Source: Pseudovirgaria hyperparasitica
Taxonomy: Eukaryota
Strand: one strand, 5' to 3'
Assembly: GCA_010093815.1 (NCBI GenBank)
Contig: ML996594.1
DNA length: 64,000 nucleotides
How positions within the stretch are numbered: the first letter of the stretch is position 1; every line of letters begins with the position of its first letter. Below are positions 56,101-64,000 of this stretch, piece after piece. The notes under the pieces are model-generated. The model saw only the letters and a program-made list of their open reading frames with translations, was not told the origin of the DNA and ran no database searches. The translations under genes and the position numbers were made by a program.

Positions 56101-59100
56101 ATAATAATAATAATAATATTATATAACTAGGTAGAGTAGTACTCTATAGGCCTATGCCTCCTCTAGTCTAAGCTACTATATAAGAAGAAACCCTATAGGG
56201 AAAAACTTCCTTATATCTATAACTATATCTCGTTAAACCTCTATTTCGTCTTAAGTATATAGCTATAGAGTACGCCTATTAGCCTATAGTCTATATTACC
56301 GTTATTTCGCCCTTAGGTAGCACGTATAGGTGCGGAGGTTATTAGCTAAGGGCTACCCTTAACTAATAATCGGGGTTCTCCCGGGGTTCTTCCGGTATAT
56401 ATCGGGTTACTACCGGCGTATACCGGGTCTCTTCCGGTATATATTTCTAGGTCTACTAGTACTAGAGGAGTAGTAGATATATAAGTATCTATCGGGAGAC
56501 GTCCTTAGGGTACTTATTAAGCTATCGTGTAATATCTAAAGTCTTTATAACGTGGATAAGCTATTACTATTATATATAGAGGTTAGAGTATATAGCTAGA
56601 TAGTGGCGTATTATACCTCTCCGGCCGCACGCCTTATACTATAGAGAGTTATTAGGAACGCCTCTCTTATAGATATAGTATAGAAGTCCTATAGCGCCCG
56701 TTTAGGCTTGGATAAGTATAGATACTTAGGCTTTCGTTAGCCCTTTATATATCTATTTACTTAGTTCCTTCTATAGCCCTTAAATCTACTCTAGGTATCT
56801 ATTCTACTAGGAGGTCTAGTAGGTATAGAGTACCTCTTTCTACTTATCTTAAGTCTATAACTATATATTTTTTACGAGTTCTTAAAGGCTCTACCGGTCT
56901 AGGAGAGCGTCCGGGTTATCTCGGACTTCTTATACTACTTAGCTAGAGTTAGTTTCTATTAAGCATCTATACTATATTTAATTCCGGTCTATATATAGGA
57001 GTATACGGTAATATATACTAATTTATATATATAGCACGGCGAAAGTATATTCTACATTTTCTATACGTTCCTATACTTATTATTTAGTAAAGTATACCAC
57101 CCTCTATGTCTAGTAGAAGTTATATATACTTATAATATCTATCTCGTGTCGTAGTAGTACCGTGTTAGTAGCTTTATATACGCCTAATATAAGACGGAGT
57201 ATATAGTTCTATATAGATTCGAGCTTTATTCGCCTAGTCTATATAAGGGCCGTATACTAGTACTTATATCCATACGTAAAGGCGGGTCGTGCTATAGATA
57301 TATATAGCTAGCGTGCCTTATCCCGGGCGGTTCCCTACGTAGAGGCTATAATCTATTATATAGCGGCTTCTACCTAGAGGGCCCTAGAGACGGTATATAC
57401 TACTTATGGTCCCCATTTAAGCTTACTATCTAGTATAACTCCGAGCGCGCGTATACTTTATACTAGTAGTTCGTTAAACGCGTTAATTCGGGGACGTCGT
57501 TCGCCTTCCCTAGTTACCTATTTCCCTTAACGGTTAATAAAGTATATAAGCTAGTATTTCTCCGGGGCGAACTTTACTCTATAGTATTTTACCTACTAGA
57601 GGTACCTCTTATAGTTCTATTCTAGTTATCTATACGTTCGGTTAGTATTATTATTAATAGCTAGAAGGTATATATTATCGGCGTATCTAACTACCTCTAT
57701 ATACTTTATTCCTTAAAGAAGGTCTACTATAAAGAAGAGGAATAGGATCGGAGAGATAGTACTCCCTTATAGGATGCCGTATACCATCTCTTTATATTCG
57801 CTCTAGTACCTAGAGATATATATCTAAGTTATTCTTCCTATAAGGAATAACTATATAAAGCGTATAATCTATTCTAGTATTCGTCTTATCCGGAGGTTAT
57901 AAATAAGTCTTATATAGTTTACCTTATTAAACGCTCCGGCTATATCGAGGGAGAGGAGCGATACTACCCGTCTCTATTTCTATATAGCCTAGACGACTTT
58001 AATAATATATTAGATAGCTATTATTAGGGAGCTATCTACCTTTACCTTCTAGTTTAGAGGGAGGAGATTATATTTCTATACCGCGGTGCTTATCTTCTTC
58101 GCTACCGTGGCCTTTAGTATCTTACCTAGGTAGAAGAGAAGGGCGATTAGTCTCTATCCCTTTAGGGAGTTAGAGCTCTTTTCTAGTTTTAGGAGTATAA
58201 TAGTATAGGCGACTTAGAAGTACTAGGGGTGGTATCCCTACGTGACGTATACTTAGAATATATAAGTAATAAGCGGTAGGGTCACTTTTATAGTACTTTT
58301 TAGGCATTAATTTAGAATTCCATCTAGTCTAGGTGCTTTATCATTTAGAAGTATCTTAATAATATTAAGTATGTCCTCCTCTATAACTTCTTCGGGGATA
58401 TCTACCGCGTATAGATATTCGGCGCCGTGAACGTCTAATAGGTCTACTAGTTCCGGGAGAGAGAACATAGCCTCCCATAGAGCCTTAGTTTTCTTAAGGC
58501 TCGTGGAGTATATTCTCCCCTAATATATTAGGGGAGGTATAAGTAGTAGAGGTGTCGGAGTATCTACGCCCTTAGCCTATTTCGCTATACGCTATAGCCC
58601 TATTACGTATCGTGTCTATTAGCTAGTAATTATATACTACTATTTACGCCTTTTATTATAGAGGACTTTATTACGTTATCGTATTACTTCCTTCTATTCT
58701 TTCTACGACTTAGGTATTCTTATATAGTATACGCGTGTATATAGCCTTCGGGCGTCTTATCTACTTTCCTATACTTAAGGAATCCCCTTTACTTCCGGGG
58801 GCCGGTATATTCGGTATAGTATATGTTTATTTCTCGCCTTCTAGTATATTTATAGGAGTATCTATACGGCCTGGTCTATAGCTAGGTCGTTAGATATATC
58901 GACTATAGAGGGATCTAGGATCGCCGATTCTAGGTCCTTTAGGTACTTTTCCTAGTTAGTATCCTTCTATATCTATCGTCCCTATTATTTATTTAGGGTA
59001 TATATATTTATTATGGTTTCTATATATTTATAGTCGGAATCCGTCTATACCTAGCTTAGGCGGTAGTATTAGATCCGGTAACTAATATACTCCGTGGCGA

Positions 59101-61405
59101 AGGTAAGGTTAAGCGTAGACCCGTCTTCGTTCTATTTATATTTTTTCTATATAACTTATTCTATAGGTGTGAGTAGGTATAGAAAGTCGTGGTAGTAGGT
59201 ACGTAGTTCCCTTACTCTAAGTTCTTCCCTAACTATGGCTAGGCCTCCCTACTATTAGTAGTAGAGGTTAAAGTCTCCTAGGAGGATGTATTACTCTAGT
59301 TCCGTGGTACCCTTAAGCATCTCGTCTAGTATAAGTATACGTTATTAGTTATATATGTTATATATATATAGAGGGCCTATATCTATTTATAGGTGTAGTG
59401 TTATTCTAAGGTTATCGCGCTTAGTATACGACTATAATAAGAGTAGTATAGACCTATAAATATAGAAGAGGACTCGTCTTTCTAGTCCTAGAGGGTATAT
59501 AGTATAGTATCTAGGGTATATGGTTGGTTTACTCGTCTAGTAGTATTTATAGGGTTCCTAGATGGCGAGTATTATGGCCCCGGTCTCTTCGAGGAGCGTC
59601 GCCTAGTTCTCTCTTTTATATTATACGTTTACCTATATAATTCGGAGTATATTCTAGTCCCTTATTAGGTACTAGGGAGTATATATACCTATATACTTAT
59701 TCCTTAGAGGCGCGACTATCCTCACGCGGTAGTAGCTTTAACTATGCCTTTTAGTCGTCCTATTGTCTTTAGAATAGTCTACTATCCTATCTAACTACCT
59801 TCTAGAGGGGAGGTTAGAGGTATTATAAAGGAAGGGCCCGTGGTAGGTATTATATTCTATAACTATCTCGCGTCTCTCGCTTTTATCGTATAAATGTATT
59901 CTATAACCTATTTGCGTTTTATATACGTTATCGACCACGACGGGTATTTCCTATCATAGTTTAAATACTATGCTATATCCCTGTTTCTTAGTCTATCTCC
60001 TAGTGGTTCATGAGGGTACTCCTAGATAGTATAGTCCCCACGGTACTATCCGCACTTAGTCTTCTATAAGTACCTTTATATAGTATATCTATACCCTTAA
60101 TAGTTAAAGCACTATATTATTACCTATGCCCTATTCTATGGCTCGGCTATAAGGAGCTCTCCTTCTACTAGGAATCCCTTCTATATAATATATTATACGA
60201 GGGCGGGGTCTTAGAGCTCTATAATTATAGTAGAGTGTTTTTTCGCCGTCGTCTTAATCGCCTATAGGTTCTTCTACTATACTTTCACGATCTTAATCCC
60301 TAGGTATTTTCGCGTGTTAGATTATTCTATACGCGTAATATCCTCCGTACTAATAGCCTATCCCTATATAGGTACTACGTATACTATAATCGGGTATATA
60401 GCTACCCTAATAGACGCGCTAGGGAAGATACTACCTATCACGTTCGGATCTCGCGAGATGTTTTACTATATAGTATTCGTTATAGTAGTAAGTACTATCC
60501 TACCTAGCGTAACTTTAGTAGCTACGACGCTCGACTACATTCCTTTCTATTCGTTAATCTTATTTATAATTTCCTTTAGGGATGCCTATTAGACCTACAC
60601 TAGCGTGTTCTTATCCTAGATTATAACATGTATACTATATACTCTATCTATAGTTCTAGTAGTCCTTAGTATGGTAGCTCCGGGTGTTACTATAATCTAA
60701 GCCCACGTGTTAGGGCGCTTACCTTAGAATAGCTCTTCCTAGATTCTCCATAGGCTGGCTTCTATTTAGTTAAGCCTACTACTAGATTCCTCTCGTGGTA
60801 ACTTCCTTTCTTCCTCCGTGATTCCTCTTAGGTTCCGGATAAGATCCCGGAATATATAAAGGAGGGTCTTCTTTCTCTCCTTAGCGTCCCTCTCTATATA
60901 TATTATCTAATATTTAATTTTATCTAGGAGGGTCTCCCCTCTCGGGGTCCCCTTAGTCTAGATTATCTATAGTACTTCGTACCCTTAGTTAGTTCCTATA
61001 TTTTAGATAGGTGTCTAGCTATCTATATTAATATCGCTATATGGCCGTTTCTACTATACTAGTAGGGGTATATCCGGCGTCTACCGGGGTATTACGATGT
61101 CTAAGGCCGCCATGGTTATTAGTTAAGGGTAGCCCTTAACTAATAAAAGGGGGTCGGCGTGTTAGCGTTTATTAGATATAGTCTATACTCGTGTTATCGA
61201 AGAGTCTTCGAGCGTATATATATAGTATCTCTATATATCGGTATTGTCGCGTATTATATACTATACGTACGCATGTGTGTCGGAGGTTATTATACTCGGT
61301 ATACTCTATTATTTAATATATATAAATCGCTATTTTACCCCGAATTGACTAGTTTAGTCCGTTAGGGTATAAGAAGTTTTTTTTAGAGGAAATATAATAC
61401 TAATC
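56101..61405 (-). mobile_element. Full-length Tad1-like LINE, copy 3 (diverged subfamily)
   Basis: Same architecture as copies 1 and 2 but with many transversions and indels; 15-bp TSD CTACTAAGTATTATA (56086-56100, 61406-61420). Confidence 0.92.
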
Positions 61406-64000
61406 CTACTAAGTATTATAGAATTTATATATAATAATAGTTATTATAGTATAATAGATATTATACCCTTTTAGATAAACCTAGAATATAGTCTAAGAAT
61501 AGGTTTTAAATCTTATATAGTCTAGTTTAACTAAATAATAGATATTAATATCTATATATAGAAACTAGTAATTAAAATCTTTAAAACTATATATAACTAT
61601 TACGTAATAATCTAGTAAGTAAATAAGTTATATATAAAGTACTATAATAGATTAGTTTAAGATTAAATATATAAGAAGAGAGATAAAGTCCTTCTTAATA
61701 TCTATAATATATAAATATTATAAGTAAATAAAAAGCTTAATTATAAAATACCTAGTCTCTTCTAAATTAAATATTATATTAGTATAAGAGTCTATAAGCT
61801 TAACCTAGAAAATAATATAAAAGTCTATAATATATTCTATATCTTATTACTCGAAAGGTTTTAATCTAATATATATAATTATATAAATATATAGTTATAT
61901 TCTATTATACTCTAAGATAGACTAGATATATATAAAGTAGACTATATTATCAATTATAGACTTAATAAGAATAGTATCTAGAAGTATTAAATCTATTAGA
62001 AGAACTATACTAAGAATAAGAATATCTAGAAACCTATAGTATATATCTTAAGTACCGTAATATCTATATATAAATAGAGGTTATAGAATAATATATTACT
62101 ACTATAAACCTAGTACTATTAGAGCTATTATAAAAAGAAGAAGAATACTATAGAGAATAAAGTATTAAATTATAAATCTTAAATATATACTAGGAAAACT
62201 CTATAAAATAGCCCTATAATTTAAGTAATATATAGCTACTAAACACAAAGAAAATATAAATAACTATTATAGATATATAATATAATATATTATAATAGAA
62301 TAATATAGAAAAGTCTAGAATAGACTAATATAGACTATTATATATAAGAAAAATATAGAACTAAGAATCTAAAAAGGTACCCTACTATAGAATTAAACTT
62401 ATAATATATAATATAAAAAGTTAGAGTATCTAAACTAATAACTACTAGACTACTAGTTTAGATACTCTAATATAATTTAGAGAGATAAACTAATTTATAT
62501 ATAATATCTATACTTTAGTAACTAAAAGAAAATTAGAATCTAGAATTTAATAGTTATAGAATAAATAAGAGTATATATAATATTATTAAGTTAAGAATAA
62601 AATTACTAGAAAACTAGTAGATAGATATTTAAATAGTCTTAAAAGAACTAAAATAGATAGAAGCTAGATAAATAGAGCTAGTATATACCCTATAGAAACC
62701 CTAGTATATAAAGCTATAGAGCTACTTCTCTATCTTATTCTTACTTTTAAAGTATAATAAATAAACTAGCTAAGTAATAAAGTAGCGGAGGTCTAAGATC
62801 TTATTCTCTAGAGTAACTATATACTTAGTTAGAGTCTAGTAAGATAATAACTAAGTACTAGAGTAGAGTAACTAGGCCTAAAGTTAGCTAATATAGTCTA
62901 GAATAATCTAGAATAAAATATATACCTTCTTATAAGGTAACTTAGAAGAAGAAATAGTAGATCTCTTATAAGATCTATTAGTAGTATAAGATAGATAGAA
63001 GAAGATACTATAAATCTCTTCTATAGTCTTAGTAGCTAAAACTAACTCTCTAGAATAGATAGTCTAAGTACTAGAAATCTTATAGTAACTAAAAATTATA
63101 AGATAAGGTTAAGAGTAATTAATAGTTTCTAAACTTATACTTTAATAATCTCTAGAAAGAGCTTATATTACTCTCTAAACTCTCTATATATAGAGACTAG
63201 ATAACTACTAGAACTACTAAGAGTCTTATAGATATAAAGATTATTATATATATCTTATATATAAATAGAAATCTAAAAATATATTAGTATAGATAACTTT
63301 AGATTACTCTAGACTAAAATAGTCTAATAGACTAATCTAAAGATAAACTTTACTAAGAATAGTATAGTAGTAGTAGTAGATAGATAGTTTAAAGATTAGA
63401 TATATAGATCTATTATAATTAGTAGAGTAATAGCTAATACTAGAGTTAGAGTAGAAGAGGTATTTAGAGCTAGTTATATAAGTCTTAATATACTTATAGT
63501 ATATTAAACTATAGTTTACTATTTTTCTTATAGTATAAACTATAACTATATTTAGTATCTTTAGTAATCTAGGTCTTATTATTAGTAGAGCTAGATTTAA
63601 AATAAATACTAAGGTTCTAAAAGAATCTAGAGTAACTAAGCTAGTCTATATTAGACTAAAAAGAGAAATAGTATTTAGACTTAGATAGTAAGGGTATAAA
63701 CTCTTAATTATTATCTATAATAAGATTCTCTTTATTCTCTATAGAAGATAGAGTAGATAGATAGTATAAGAAAGTATAAATAGAGTTTATAGCTACTTCT
63801 TCTATAATACTAGTACTAGAATTATCTAGATTAGAGTAACTAATAGCTACCTTAGTAGTAATAGTAGTAGTAGTCTTAGCTATCTTCTTCTCTAACTTAG
63901 AGTATATCTTTATACTACTATAATAAGTAGACTTTTTAGCTAGTATAGCTAGAGTAGAGATAATCTCTTTAGAGTAAGTCTTATAAGAGAAGAAGATAGA

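Larger units (their letters stand above)
50415..64000 (+). mobile_element. Ty3/Gypsy retrotransposon B, right copy (interrupted by SINE 3 and LINE 3; 3' LTR not in window)
   Basis: 5' LTR 50415-50870; protease ALID ~52275; YLDD at 53257; RNase H ETDAS-like ~53750; integrase ITMDF ~54757; GPY/F module ~61730-61855; chromodomain ~61930-62050. Confidence 0.85.

Overview
Fungal (filamentous ascomycete-type) AT-rich block made only of nested transposon relics. CpA/TpG are nearly absent, TpA is in excess, and paralogous copies differ mostly by C/T and G/A transitions, which is the signature of repeat-induced point mutation (RIP). No intact host gene is visible, and all supplied ORFs appear to be artefacts. 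Junctions and target-site duplications (TSDs) resolve the nesting. Two divergent copies of a Ty3/Gypsy element ('B') flank an old LINE fragment. The left B copy is interrupted by another Gypsy ('C', running off the left edge), a tRNA-headed SINE, a complete chromoviral Gypsy ('A', 3333-16686, itself holding a LINE) and a 27.8-kb element (about 21.5 kb net) at 20126-47892. That element is the most notable feature. It has terminal inverted repeats, a 2-bp TT duplication, subterminal repeats and RIP-destroyed genes, including an SNF2-family helicase whose motifs I-VI can be read back, but I found no recognisable transposase. Three ~940-bp SINE copies share their 3' end with three full-length Tad1-like LINEs. 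All protein calls come from manually reversing RIP changes; no database search was run.
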